Source: Candidatus Aenigmatarchaeota archaeon (GTDB lineage: Archaea; Aenigmatarchaeota; Aenigmatarchaeia; QMZP01; QMZT01). Taken from it: DNA of 64,000 nt. Of the stretch, positions 19,230-28,825 are shown piece after piece (the first letter of the stretch is position 1; each line of letters starts with the position of its first letter). The stretch is taken from the NCBI GenBank assembly GCA_026397315.1, contig JAPLVC010000003.1, positions 1 through 64,000 of the forward strand. Reading direction: 5' to 3'. Made by a program: the position numbers and the translations under genes. The notes under the pieces are model-generated. The model did no database searches. It was not told the DNA's origin and saw only the letters and a list, made by a program, of their open reading frames with translations.

Positions 19230-19670
19230 ATGAGCCACGGCGAACCAATGACAAGAAGGAATGCACTCAAAAAAGGCGGTCTTATTTTATTGGGTCTTGC
19301 TCTGGCAAAGAGCCTGTATGGCAGCAATGATGTGACACTGAAGGGCCCCGAATACACGGATCTGCTGGAACAAATATACGCGAAAGTAAGACCAAGCTTC
19401 TCCACGTATATTTTTGGTTTGGAAATGAAGACACCTCTCAGCTTTGACATTAATGGAGACAATAATCCAGACAAAATAGAATTTAAACAGAGAGAAATGG
19501 GTCTTGACACACCAATCTTGCTGATGGGCATGAATCTAAGCGGAAAAGGTTTTGTCGATTTCAGGTCAGAGGTAAAAAACGGAAAGTTCAAGGAAATTAC
19601 AGTTAGCAACGCCACTGCGGAAGAGGCATTAAAATATCTGAACGCGCTTAAAGAAAATCTTTACAAGTGA
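19230..19670 (+). CDS. hypothetical exported protein with twin-arginine-like signal
   Basis: TRRNALKKGG + hydrophobic stretch; DINGDNNPD Ca-loop-like motif. Confidence 0.6.
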   Translation: MSHGEPMTRRNALKKGGLILLGLALAKSLYGSNDVTLKGPEYTDLLEQIYAKVRPSFSTYIFGLEMKTPLSFDINGDNNPDKIEFKQREMGLDTPILLMGMNLSGKGFVDFRSEVKNGKFKEITVSNATAEEALKYLNALKENLYK

Positions 19671-19673
19671 GAC

Positions 19674-20402
19674 TCATCTGTTCAGAAAGCCGAATAGTTT
19701 CTTCTGCTTGTTTTCGCCGAGCATCTGCTTTGTAGTGTCCCATGAATAGCGGACCAATCCCTTTTCGGGAAACTTCTTGTTTTTTGCCAAAAACTCTTTC
19801 ATCGATTTTATGGTGCGCTCGTCGGAAGGGTATCCAGTCCCTTCGATGCCATATCGCTTCGTCAGCTCGGCCATCTCCTTGTCGCGCTCGACCTTCGCCA
19901 TTATGGAAGCGGCTGAGACGACGGCGTATGTGCTGTCCGCGTGGTTCTCGACCACCAGTTCGGTGCCGAATTTCAGCATCTTCTGCATGACCCTTTTGAA
20001 CTTCTCCGTATTGACCTCTGGACCGTCGACATACGATTTGTTCGCGTTCAGGCAGTCGATTATCGTGCACATCTTCATCGCTTCCATGCGGTTGAGATTG
20101 ACGCCCTGCTTGTTGTAATCATCTATCTTGCACGGCCCGACCTTGAGGACGACGATGTCCTTCGCGATTTTTTCTATCTCCTTCGCGAGTTTCTCGCGCT
20201 GCGAAGGCGAAAGCTCCTTCGAGTCGCGCACGCCGATTTTCTTGAGTTTCGCGATGTCCTTCTCAAAAACAGAAACTCCTGCTATCACAAGCGGCCCGAC
20301 TACCGCGCCGCGTCCCGCCTCGTCGACGCCGCAGACTACCGGACCCTTTCTCTTCTTCTCACCGGCCACAATAGTTATCTCGGTCATAAAACCAACATGC
20401 AC
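19674..20402 (-). CDS. rnhB: ribonuclease HII
   Basis: GVDEAGRG, DSK, VSAASIMAK, GYPSD. Confidence 0.96.
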   Translation of the reverse strand: MHVGFMTEITIVAGEKKRKGPVVCGVDEAGRGAVVGPLVIAGVSVFEKDIAKLKKIGVRDSKELSPSQREKLAKEIEKIAKDIVVLKVGPCKIDDYNKQGVNLNRMEAMKMCTIIDCLNANKSYVDGPEVNTEKFKRVMQKMLKFGTELVVENHADSTYAVVSAASIMAKVERDKEMAELTKRYGIEGTGYPSDERTIKSMKEFLAKNKKFPEKGLVRYSWDTTKQMLGENKQKKLFGFLNR

Positions 20403-20458
20403 AAGATATCTTGAATATTGAGGACTCAGAATTAAATATTAAAAACGCGCGCTTCGGA

Positions 20459-20782
20459 TTAGAGTGATGCTATAACGAAGCCTATCAGCGCCGTGACAAA
20501 ATTGGCGGCAAATGACAGCAGCACGGCCTTTTTCATTCTTATCTGCAGCAGCAGCTTGAGCAGCACAATCTCGGTGATGAAGACAAGCGTTTCCAGCAAG
20601 AAATATTGCGGGAAAACGCTATAGTATACGAATGTCGCAAGAGGCCAAGTGACGCAATTGACAAGGACGGCATAAAGCAGTAGCTTCAGTGGCTTTTTTC
20701 TCACTAAAAGCAACCACACCAGATATTCAACAGTTATTGTAACCAGTAAGAGCAACGGCAGCTGTTCAAACGGAATGTTCAT
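20459..20782 (-). CDS. four-TM membrane protein
   Basis: hydrophobic; E..V, N..T.P, E..V...E, AN..T pattern. Confidence 0.7.
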   Translation of the reverse strand: MNIPFEQLPLLLLVTITVEYLVWLLLVRKKPLKLLLYAVLVNCVTWPLATFVYYSVFPQYFLLETLVFITEIVLLKLLLQIRMKKAVLLSFAANFVTALIGFVIASL

Positions 20783-21476
20783 TTTTTGCGCCTTCCGTTT
20801 TTCCTTTCCTAAATCTTCTCGCAACGAGAATTATGATAATTACTATGAGGGCGGCAGCCGGGATTGCAAAATACATTATTTCATATGAAGATAATGGAAT
20901 TATAAGCCTCGACGGCAAAGGCCTGACATTCTGAGTGACATAAGTCTTTTCTTCGGTCGTACCGTCTGTGTATGTATAAATCGTCTTTGATTTTTCTATT
21001 TCCAGCATGTCGTTTTCAATCGAGATTATTTTCAGTTCATCAACTATTTTTTTGCTGGGGTCGGTATCCACTATCTGACTGATTGATTCTATCTCCACAT
21101 CCGATGATATGAAATTCTTGTCGTTTGCAATATATTCGGTTAGCTTGGAATGGTTATCGGAGTTCATTATACTGATAAGTGGCACCTCGTTGAACAGCGA
21201 TTTCTTCACAGCGTAGATTTTGGGTTTGTTGAACTTATAGAAATGCATGCATTCGTTGCCCCTGACTACCTGATAGTTTTCCATCGCGAACGTATAATGC
21301 ACAACGAAAGTGTAGTCCGGGAAATCGTTGGTGTTTTCTATCTGGAAGCAATACTCCACGCCTTTATATCCCGGTATCAGCACATCAGCCGAGACCTTCG
21401 GTGCGGCCAGAAAGAGGACCGCCAGAAACAAAAACAAAACGCAAAACGCTGTAAAGGTAGCTTTCTTCGAATTCAT
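20766..21476 (-). CDS. secreted protein with C-terminal TM anchor
   Basis: signal peptide (VSA-DV), C-terminal TM + RRFRK. Confidence 0.75.
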   Translation of the reverse strand: MNSKKATFTAFCVLFLFLAVLFLAAPKVSADVLIPGYKGVEYCFQIENTNDFPDYTFVVHYTFAMENYQVVRGNECMHFYKFNKPKIYAVKKSLFNEVPLISIMNSDNHSKLTEYIANDKNFISSDVEIESISQIVDTDPSKKIVDELKIISIENDMLEIEKSKTIYTYTDGTTEEKTYVTQNVRPLPSRLIIPLSSYEIMYFAIPAAALIVIIIILVARRFRKGKTEGAKNEHSV

Positions 21477-21597
21477 AATTATATTTTGCAGGTGTTCGTC
21501 TTAAATGTTGCGTTTTTCTTCGGCGAACAACGAAACGTGATTTTTAGCGAGCGGCCGTTTTAGTTCAATATCATCTTAAATAACTTTTTCCCGATTA

Positions 21598-21837
21598 TTG
21601 TCTATGGGATTCGGATTAGAAAGCCGGGAAGCAGCATCACCTGAAGCCGAAATAAGAAAAAAATATATTGATAAAATTTTCGAAAAACTCAATGAATTAA
21701 GCGGGTTATTCTATACCAATCCCATTGCCTACAAAGACGAGATGACGAAATTTCTCGACATAACATTAGGAGAAATAGGAACTGATTTTCTCGATCTGGA
21801 AAGAAATAACTCATCGCACGACGTCTTTGACGAGTAA
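21598..21837 (+). CDS. hypothetical protein
   Basis: AT-rich 79-aa ORF. Confidence 0.4.
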   Translation: MSMGFGLESREAASPEAEIRKKYIDKIFEKLNELSGLFYTNPIAYKDEMTKFLDITLGEIGTDFLDLERNNSSHDVFDE

Positions 21838-23304
21838 TCATTCTATGAAAACTGGTCCCTCGTGGACTTCATCGATTCTTTTTTCGAGCTCTTCTATCCT
21901 GCGCTTGAGCTCGTCGACGCTGGGGATTTCGCTGACCTTGCCCCACTCGCGCTTCTCGACGGTCCCGACTTCCTTCTTGATGCGTTCGACATCGGAAGCA
22001 ACGCTGTTGACATGATCCTCGTTGCGCAGGATGGCTTTCTTCACTTCGTTGAGATCCTTGTAGATGTCGCCGGTCATGAGCTTCTCGTCCGCTTTCATCC
22101 GCTTGTCGAGGAATCCCTTTTCTACATCGTCCCTTGTCAGGAAGCCGTCCATGCGCGAGACTATGGTGTCGATTTCCCTGCGCAGGCCGTCCATCTCGCC
22201 AGGCTTCACCTGCGCCATCGCTTTCGCGCCCTTCGCCGCCGCTGGAGACGGCTCGAATTCAGGCAGTTTTATCGGCTTCAGATCGTTCAGTTTCTCCAGC
22301 CTGGCAGCCAGCATCTCGATTCTCTGTTCCATCTTCGAAAGTTTCGTCCTTACGTCCGGGTCCTGTGTAAGAGTGATTTTCTTGCCGGTAGTCGCGCTTT
22401 TGGAAAGCAGGACGCTCTTTATCTCCGTCATGAACTTCCTGTTGTCGTTCATCTCCTGCTTCAGGCTATCGATGCTCATCTCCTCCCCGGATATGAGCGC
22501 CTTCAGCCTGTCGATGCTCGCCTTGTTGGCTTCCATCGCTTTTTTTACCTCTTCAGAGCTCTTCGGCCCGAATTTGACGTTGAGATCGTCCAGCTTGCTG
22601 AACAGTTCGCTTCTCAGGTGGTCCATGTCGTCATTCGACCTCGGGACGACGCCCTTGTCGGTTTTGATTTTCCTGACCTCGTCCTCGAGGTTGTTTATTT
22701 CAGCATGAAGGTTCTCCAGGTCGCGGCGCATGCCCGCCGGGACTTCGAAATTGGAAACGTCCATCTTCATCTTGAGGTCGTCCACTATTCTCCTGTTCTC
22801 GGCCACCATCTTCCTCAGCGGCTCGGTGTCCGGCATCGTGCCCTTCGGCTTGTCGGTTATCATCAGTTTGAGATTCTCTACGGCCTTCCTGTTATCCTGT
22901 ATGGCCAGTTTTATGTCGTCCAGGTCGATGGGAGTGCTTTTCCTTGAGGCGATCTCGTCCCGTATTTCCTCTATGCTCCTTTTCATCTGTTCGAAGTCTC
23001 CAGCGTCCTCTGGCGTGACATTGACCGGTGAAATTCCCATCAGCCTGTCGCGCAGGAACTTGACCTCCTCGACCGTCTGCTTCCATCGCTTGAACATTTC
23101 CACGTCTTTCGCGATGGACTGGAGCATCATTATTCTTTCCTCGGTTTCCTTTGGAAGCGGAGACGACGAAGTGAGCTTGAGCTTCTCGACCTCGTTCTTC
23201 ATGTTGAGTATGTCGAGCTGCGTAAGGTTCTGCAGGTCCTCGAGAGTCGATAGCTTATCCGTGAGGTCCTTTGCCATATTGGAATCTTCGCCCATTAACA
23301 CCAC
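21838..23304 (-). CDS. coiled-coil repeat protein
   Basis: repeated ..ENR/DNR/ANK..helical units. Confidence 0.8.
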   Translation of the reverse strand: MVLMGEDSNMAKDLTDKLSTLEDLQNLTQLDILNMKNEVEKLKLTSSSPLPKETEERIMMLQSIAKDVEMFKRWKQTVEEVKFLRDRLMGISPVNVTPEDAGDFEQMKRSIEEIRDEIASRKSTPIDLDDIKLAIQDNRKAVENLKLMITDKPKGTMPDTEPLRKMVAENRRIVDDLKMKMDVSNFEVPAGMRRDLENLHAEINNLEDEVRKIKTDKGVVPRSNDDMDHLRSELFSKLDDLNVKFGPKSSEEVKKAMEANKASIDRLKALISGEEMSIDSLKQEMNDNRKFMTEIKSVLLSKSATTGKKITLTQDPDVRTKLSKMEQRIEMLAARLEKLNDLKPIKLPEFEPSPAAAKGAKAMAQVKPGEMDGLRREIDTIVSRMDGFLTRDDVEKGFLDKRMKADEKLMTGDIYKDLNEVKKAILRNEDHVNSVASDVERIKKEVGTVEKREWGKVSEIPSVDELKRRIEELEKRIDEVHEGPVFIE

Positions 23305-23345
23305 GTCTAATTAAATATTGTCACTGGTCATATAAGTCTTAGGTT

Positions 23346-23867
23346 TCACACGTCCGCCGAAGGCGATATGCGCGGGCACACCTCGTTTATCACCTTCACC
23401 TTGGTCAGCGACCACGTGTCGTTTATGCTTTCGACCTCAGCCTCGATTATCCAGTCGTAACCGGGCTTGAGCGGGTTCGTGAGCGTTCGCTGCGTCTCGG
23501 ACGTTATGTTTATCTCGGGATAGACTATCAGCCTCGTGCCTGTGGGCGTCTGCATGGTCAGCTCGAGCGAGAAGTTGTAGAGGTTCTGCGAGCCCGTGTT
23601 GATTATCTTCACAGTCACGGTGCCGTTGGTGCCGTTGAAGTTCCACGAAATGCCTGAGTTGCCGTAGTCTGAGTCGAAGCCATACGCCGTCGATCTGCAT
23701 AGCATGTCCTGGTTCGCGCTGTTCGTCGCTCCCTGGGAAGCGTCGGTCGCCAGCTTCATGGCCCACGGTCCGATAGCGACGGCCATGAGGATGGTTATGC
23801 CCATGAGCAACACAGTCGCTATCAGCGGCGAAATGCCTTTCATGTGGATTCCCTTGCGTTTCATCAT
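23346..23867 (-). CDS. archaeal type IV pilin-like protein
   Basis: class III signal KG-ISPLIATVLL; NTGSQNL. Confidence 0.85.
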   Translation of the reverse strand: MMKRKGIHMKGISPLIATVLLMGITILMAVAIGPWAMKLATDASQGATNSANQDMLCRSTAYGFDSDYGNSGISWNFNGTNGTVTVKIINTGSQNLYNFSLELTMQTPTGTRLIVYPEINITSETQRTLTNPLKPGYDWIIEAEVESINDTWSLTKVKVINEVCPRISPSADV

Positions 23868-23877
23868 ATCACCTGCG

Positions 23878-24588
23878 TCACTCGCCTTTTATAATGAGGA
23901 AGTCCTCTCCCGACTCGAGCATGAACTTTATGTCGTATGTTATGCCGTAGTCCGATTCCATGTGCGCCGTCACCTCGCCGTAGGGCAGGTGCATGCCGCT
24001 CCTCTCGAGTTGCGTGTAACCAGAACCGATAGACGACGTTGCGTTGTTGTCAAGCGTTATCTCAAGATACTCTATCGGCATGGCCTGCTGCAGGTCCTTC
24101 TGGTAGACCGAGATCAGCACGCTGGATATGTTGTAGGCCGTGTTGTTGCCAACAGAGCCGATTTTTTTCAGGCAGGCTGTGAGGTGCTCGTTCTCGAGCA
24201 TGAAGCCCGCCTGGCCGCCGCAGGTCGTTTCGTAGGCCTTTGTGTCCAGGTTCGCCCCGAATATGACGTTGCCGAAAGTCTGGAAAGTCCTCGGCGAAAT
24301 GATGGGGGCGCTGCATTCGTATTCCCAGTAAATCGTGTCGTTGTCACCGTCGATGTGCAGCTCTCCCTCTTCCACGTTGAGTGAGACCGTGCGCTTCGAC
24401 CCTTCGCCTTCGGAAGCGACAGTCTGTATGACGCCGTCGAGGCTGGTGAAAGTCGACTTCATCTTGTCCATCGTTATCGAACACTGCATTTTCTGGATGG
24501 TCGGCAGGGCCGTCCAGTAGACTATGCTCGTCGCGGCTATCAGAAAGCCCATGAACAATACGCCTGAGATCATGCTGAAGCCCTTCAT
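23878..24588 (-). CDS. pilin-like protein (class III signal peptide)
   Basis: MKG-FSMISGVLF hydrophobic N-terminus; EGEGSKR. Confidence 0.75.
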   Translation of the reverse strand: MKGFSMISGVLFMGFLIAATSIVYWTALPTIQKMQCSITMDKMKSTFTSLDGVIQTVASEGEGSKRTVSLNVEEGELHIDGDNDTIYWEYECSAPIISPRTFQTFGNVIFGANLDTKAYETTCGGQAGFMLENEHLTACLKKIGSVGNNTAYNISSVLISVYQKDLQQAMPIEYLEITLDNNATSSIGSGYTQLERSGMHLPYGEVTAHMESDYGITYDIKFMLESGEDFLIIKGE

Positions 24589-25166
24589 GCAACAGTCTCC
24601 CCCGTTATCTTGTCGCTGCCCTTCCTCATGTCAAGAAAAACATAAAGGTTCGTCTTGTATTTCTCTAATAATAGATTCTTTTCGGTCGTATTAAAGCTTG
24701 CCCGGAAAGCTAATTCGGATAGCGGCGAAGCGAATACCACCGACGCAGTTTCGCCGTCGCCAATTTCCAGCGTGCTCAGCGAATCGGAAACGTTCAGCGT
24801 GACGTTCAGAGCCGTGCCCATGTAGTTTCCGATGGTTACGTTGAGGTTGTCGCTGGAGTTCTGGGTGAGTATCCATAGCGTCGCTAGCGTAGCGCCTCTG
24901 CTTTTGGAGGCATTGACAACTATGCCCGTGAAATTGACTAGCGCCTGCGCGCCTCCCGTGGAATTAAGGCCGAGGTTCAGCGCTGCCGGGTATTCGTCCC
25001 TGACGTTGGAGAAAAAATTCGCCATCTCGCCCTTGATGCCCTTCTGCGAATACGCGGGCGCGAAAAAAGTCGAGATGCCTATGTAGAAAAGCAGGAGTAT
25101 GAGGAAAGCTCCGATTAAGAAGAACTGCCCTTTCATAGTTTTCTTTTTTATTGCTCTCATATTCAT
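24585..25166 (-). CDS. pilin-like protein (class III signal peptide)
   Basis: KKKTMKG-QFFLIGAF. Confidence 0.75.
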   Translation of the reverse strand: MNMRAIKKKTMKGQFFLIGAFLILLLFYIGISTFFAPAYSQKGIKGEMANFFSNVRDEYPAALNLGLNSTGGAQALVNFTGIVVNASKSRGATLATLWILTQNSSDNLNVTIGNYMGTALNVTLNVSDSLSTLEIGDGETASVVFASPLSELAFRASFNTTEKNLLLEKYKTNLYVFLDMRKGSDKITGETVA

Positions 25167-25531
25167 CTCCACATGTAAAGCCTTATCTCTTGGGGGCTGT
25201 ATGACCCGTGGCCTGCAATGATGTATGCAGACACGGCGACGTTGCTGCCCTCCGTGTAATTGCCGGTGCATGCGCCGTCGAAGTCGCATAACTGGACCGC
25301 GTGGCTGTAGCCAGGCATCTCGACCAGCACGTTTATCCCGTCGTAGTCGCCATTCGTCGCTAGCGGCCGCAGCAGGCCGCGCGCATCCAGGTCCTTCAAT
25401 CGCTCGTACCCGGCCGGGACAAGTTCCTGCGGATCAGTCTTGCTTATGTAAACGGACCCTGCCGATAAGAGGAAACCCATGACTATGATGACCGCCATCA
25501 CGCTTTCGACTATTCTCCAGAAGCCCTTCAT
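25163..25531 (-). CDS. pilin-like protein (class III signal peptide)
   Basis: MKG-FWRIVESVMAV; C-terminal LYMW. Confidence 0.75.
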   Translation of the reverse strand: MKGFWRIVESVMAVIIVMGFLLSAGSVYISKTDPQELVPAGYERLKDLDARGLLRPLATNGDYDGINVLVEMPGYSHAVQLCDFDGACTGNYTEGSNVAVSAYIIAGHGSYSPQEIRLYMWR

Positions 25532-25532
25532 G

Positions 25533-26207
25533 CTACCACACAGCTATCGTAATATTCGCCAGCTCCCCAGTCTCGAAGACCTTGCGTTCCGTCCTTCGGC
25601 TGTTCACATTCACCGGTCCGGAAGGTATGGCCTTCCCATACTCCACGTTACCGGATGCTTTCTCTATCGTTATCATGAAATTATGCCTCAGCGAGATGCT
25701 GCTGCGGAAGTTGCTGTAGCTCATGCCTTCCATCTCGCTTATCTTCGCCGTTGAAATCATTTCCCTCTTCTCGAGAGCCCAAGGCGACGTGAGGTTCGCT
25801 CCCGTCATGCTGAATGTGCCGGTGCAGTTCAGCGTCGTGTTGGCATCGGCGAACAATATGGTGTAATAGTTGTATCCAGCTCCGACGTTCGCCTGCCAGT
25901 ATACGTCGTTCCCATCGAGCATGCACGGCAGTGATTCGCCATCGCGAAAGACGATGGTCGAGTTGCGCTCGCCCGCGTACCAAAGCGATTTCGCCTTCAG
26001 CACGGCGCTAGCGGCGGCGCCGGAATAATATTTCACCGGCGCTTCGTATACGTCTATCGCTAGGAAGTCCATGACCTTCTGCTGGCCGCTGTCCGCGGCG
26101 ACCTCGAAGCTGGAGCCCTGTACCTGGAACATGGCGAAGTAGTATGAGAAAGACCATCCGATGAAAAACATGAACACGAAAACGCCTATTATCCAGTCGA
26201 AGTCCAT
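25533..26207 (-). CDS. pilin-associated membrane-anchored protein
   Basis: N-terminal TM, C-terminal ITIAVW like neighbours. Confidence 0.7.
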   Translation of the reverse strand: MDFDWIIGVFVFMFFIGWSFSYYFAMFQVQGSSFEVAADSGQQKVMDFLAIDVYEAPVKYYSGAAASAVLKAKSLWYAGERNSTIVFRDGESLPCMLDGNDVYWQANVGAGYNYYTILFADANTTLNCTGTFSMTGANLTSPWALEKREMISTAKISEMEGMSYSNFRSSISLRHNFMITIEKASGNVEYGKAIPSGPVNVNSRRTERKVFETGELANITIAVW

Positions 26208-26248
26208 AGTTAATTAATGTTGGAGCCCGAATAAAAACTAGGATTCCT

Positions 26249-26662
26249 TTACCTGAATTTTTTGCCATTTCCAATGTCTTTCAGCAGCGCGTTCATTTTA
26301 GAGAGGCTTATGTCTATCGTTTTCAGGCGCGATGCCGCGTCCCCGGAATCATATTTGCAATCCCCTCCCGCTATCATTTTTGCAACTTCTTCTAGCACGC
26401 AAAAGTTCGGCAATATGTTGTTAAAAATAGCGTGCGAAAAGGAAATCCTATCTTCATAATCCATTTTCTTTTCCCTTTGGAATCTGTTCAGCGTGCATTC
26501 GATGCGGTTTTCAAAGTCTCTGTAATGCTTCAGCGCCGCGGGTATTATTTCAGGCCTTTCCGTTATCCTTCTGTAAAAATGCTGAAACCTGGCGTCTTTC
26601 TCGCGGTTGACAAAAACGTAGTTGCTCCAGTCCCTTGTGGGAAACGCGCAATCGCAATACAT
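26249..26662 (-). CDS. hypothetical protein
   Basis: 137-aa ORF. Confidence 0.5.
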   Translation of the reverse strand: MYCDCAFPTRDWSNYVFVNREKDARFQHFYRRITERPEIIPAALKHYRDFENRIECTLNRFQREKKMDYEDRISFSHAIFNNILPNFCVLEEVAKMIAGGDCKYDSGDAASRLKTIDISLSKMNALLKDIGNGKKFR

Positions 26663-26840
26663 GTTTTAGAAAGGGAAACAAGTTTTAAATTTCGTTCGTG
26701 TGGCTGAAATAATGCGGAAAACGAGCAATATCGAGCGGTTTTCGGGAAAAAGATTTAAATACTCCTTCACTAATTTAAACAGAAAACACACAAACGCGAA
26801 CAGGTTTTCAAAAATGGGTTAGCTAATTGGAGGTGTCCGG

Positions 26841-27128
26841 ATGGCTTCGAGAAAAAAGTATTACCTTCTTAAGAAAGGCAACAACGTGTCTGTATTCACA
26901 GGCAGGTCTCCGAGACAGGCCGCTCTTAAGGCTGCGGCGAGGGGCATAGCTGACATAAAGCTCCGCGAAAGAGGCAGGAGAAACAAGGACAGGACTTACA
27001 CAATCCACGTCTTCAAGGGAAGCGTGAAGGTTGTGGATGCCCCCGAGAAGAGGCCGGAGTGGTTGCCTGCAAGGATTAAGAAGGCATTCGTCAAGAAGGT
27101 TGGCATAGAGAAAGTCAACAAGATTTAA
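26841..27128 (+). CDS. non-histone chromosomal protein MC1
   Basis: VFTGRSPRQAALKAAARG...LRERG...HVF.G...P.WLP..I.K.FVKK. Confidence 0.93.
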   Translation: MASRKKYYLLKKGNNVSVFTGRSPRQAALKAAARGIADIKLRERGRRNKDRTYTIHVFKGSVKVVDAPEKRPEWLPARIKKAFVKKVGIEKVNKI

Positions 27129-27137
27129 GTTCGTTTC

Positions 27138-27172
27138 AGGCCTGTTGGTTTTTCAGGCCTTCATTTTTCTTT
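27138..27172 (+). terminator. hairpin + T-tract after MC1
   Basis: AGGCCTG...CAGGCCT followed by TTTTTCTTTT. Confidence 0.45.
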
Positions 27173-27193
27173 TGAATCTTCAAAAAAACTTTT

Positions 27194-28495
27194 TTACCAG
27201 CAGATGCCCTCGAACTTCGAGACTTTCGTGCGGTCGAGGATGCGCCTGCCCTCCAGGATGACCTTGCTTTTCATTTTCGAGAAATCCGCATCGGTGAGCT
27301 TCTTGAACTCGTCCCACTCGGTCACGACTATGCAAGCGTCGCTGTTCTCCAGCGCTTCGCGTGCGCTCTTCATGTAGTCGACGGAAGGGTGTATCTTCCT
27401 CATATGCTCCATCGCCTTCGGATCGTACGCCTTGACTTTCGCGCCCTTCTGGAGAAGCCTCTCTATTATGTATATAGAAGACGCCTCGCGGATGTCGTCG
27501 GAGTCGGGCTTGAACGCGAGTCCGAGCAGGCAGATGGTCTTGCCTTTGAGGTTCGGGATTTTCTTCTCGAGCTGCTCGACTATCATGACTTTCTGCCTGT
27601 CGTTGAGACGATGAACTTCTTCGAGCAGCTTCGGCTCGTAACTAAGCTCCCTCGCCTTCCATATCAGCGCTTCCACGTCTTTGGGGAAGCACGATCCGCC
27701 ATATCCGACGCCCGCTTTGAGAAAATGCGGGGAGATGCGATGGTCCATGCCAACGCCTTTCATCACTTCGTTGACGTCGATGCCTAGTTTCTTGCAAATG
27801 TTGCCCATCTCGTTCGTGTAGGAAATCTTCGTCGCGAGGAATGCGTTGCTCGCGTACTTTATCATCTCCGCCGTCTTCAGGTCCGTCCTGAGGATCGGCG
27901 CCATGAAATTGGAATATAATTTCTCTATGACGTTGCCCGCCCTTTTGTCGGATTCTCCTATGACTATCCTGTCAGGCTTCAGAAAGTCGTCCATAGCGCG
28001 GCCCTCGCGCAGGAACTCGGGGTTCATGCACAGGCCGAAATCCTTTCCGGTTTTCTTGCCCGACGCCTTTTCGATGTTGCGCAGGACTACGCCGTCCGTC
28101 GTGCCGGGAACGACGGTAGACTTGACAACTATGACATGGTATTCTTTTTTGTTTTTCAGAACTTCTCCTATCTGTCTCGCTACACTCTCGATGAAGCTCA
28201 GGTCTATGGAGCCATCCTCGCTTGAAGGCGTTCCCACAGAAATGAAGCTGACCTCGGTTTCCGCTATCGCGCCTTTCACGTCCGTCGTCGCCTTGAGCTT
28301 CCCTTTCTTTAGCGCGTCCTTGAGGTGGCCATCGAGGTGCGGCTCGAACATCGGCGAGACGCCGCTGTTTATGGTCTCGACTTTCTTCTGGTCTATGTCG
28401 ACGCAGATGACGTCGTTGCCCTTGACCGCGAAGCCCACTCCTGTCGAAAGCCCGACATAGCCCGTGCCCATTATGGAGATTTTCATAGGAAACAA
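27194..28495 (-). CDS. ugd: UDP-glucose/GDP-mannose 6-dehydrogenase
   Basis: GTGYVG, KSTV, NPEFLREG, GGSCFPKD, AFKPDSDD.RE. Confidence 0.93.
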   Translation of the reverse strand: MFPMKISIMGTGYVGLSTGVGFAVKGNDVICVDIDQKKVETINSGVSPMFEPHLDGHLKDALKKGKLKATTDVKGAIAETEVSFISVGTPSSEDGSIDLSFIESVARQIGEVLKNKKEYHVIVVKSTVVPGTTDGVVLRNIEKASGKKTGKDFGLCMNPEFLREGRAMDDFLKPDRIVIGESDKRAGNVIEKLYSNFMAPILRTDLKTAEMIKYASNAFLATKISYTNEMGNICKKLGIDVNEVMKGVGMDHRISPHFLKAGVGYGGSCFPKDVEALIWKARELSYEPKLLEEVHRLNDRQKVMIVEQLEKKIPNLKGKTICLLGLAFKPDSDDIREASSIYIIERLLQKGAKVKAYDPKAMEHMRKIHPSVDYMKSAREALENSDACIVVTEWDEFKKLTDADFSKMKSKVILEGRRILDRTKVSKFEGICW

Positions 28496-28549
28496 ATTGT
28501 TTTGCTTAAATTTATGCTTTTGCCCATCGCGAGCCTTTTGGTGAATTGG

Positions 28550-28825
28550 TCATTTCAGTCTAAACTTGGCAGGTTTTTCATTTCTTTGTGTCGTTTTAAC
28601 TATGAATCGGGGAGTGTTATAGACGCCGCTTACGCGGTCACCGTTTTTATAAACAGCGTAATCACCCAAAATTACCATATTGTTTTTCCATGTCCTGTCA
28701 TCCACCCTCGGATATTTTTTGTCCAACCATTCACACACTTCTCTTACGGTAGATTCACCGATAACCGAAAGGGCTTTCTTGAATTTTGGCACAAGGTTCT
28801 TTTCCTTCAATTGCATGTTGATCAA
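28550..28825 (-). CDS. small winged-helix-like hypothetical protein
   Basis: AT-rich 91-aa ORF overlapping tal stop. Confidence 0.5.
   Translation of the reverse strand: MINMQLKEKNLVPKFKKALSVIGESTVREVCEWLDKKYPRVDDRTWKNNMVILGDYAVYKNGDRVSGVYNTPRFIVKTTQRNEKPAKFRLK

Noticed and set aside
21862-22947. Long antisense ORFs (e.g. 361 aa here, 296 aa at 10478, 267 aa at 28325)
   Set aside because: Shadow frames of well-supported genes on the opposite strand, with no recognisable motifs
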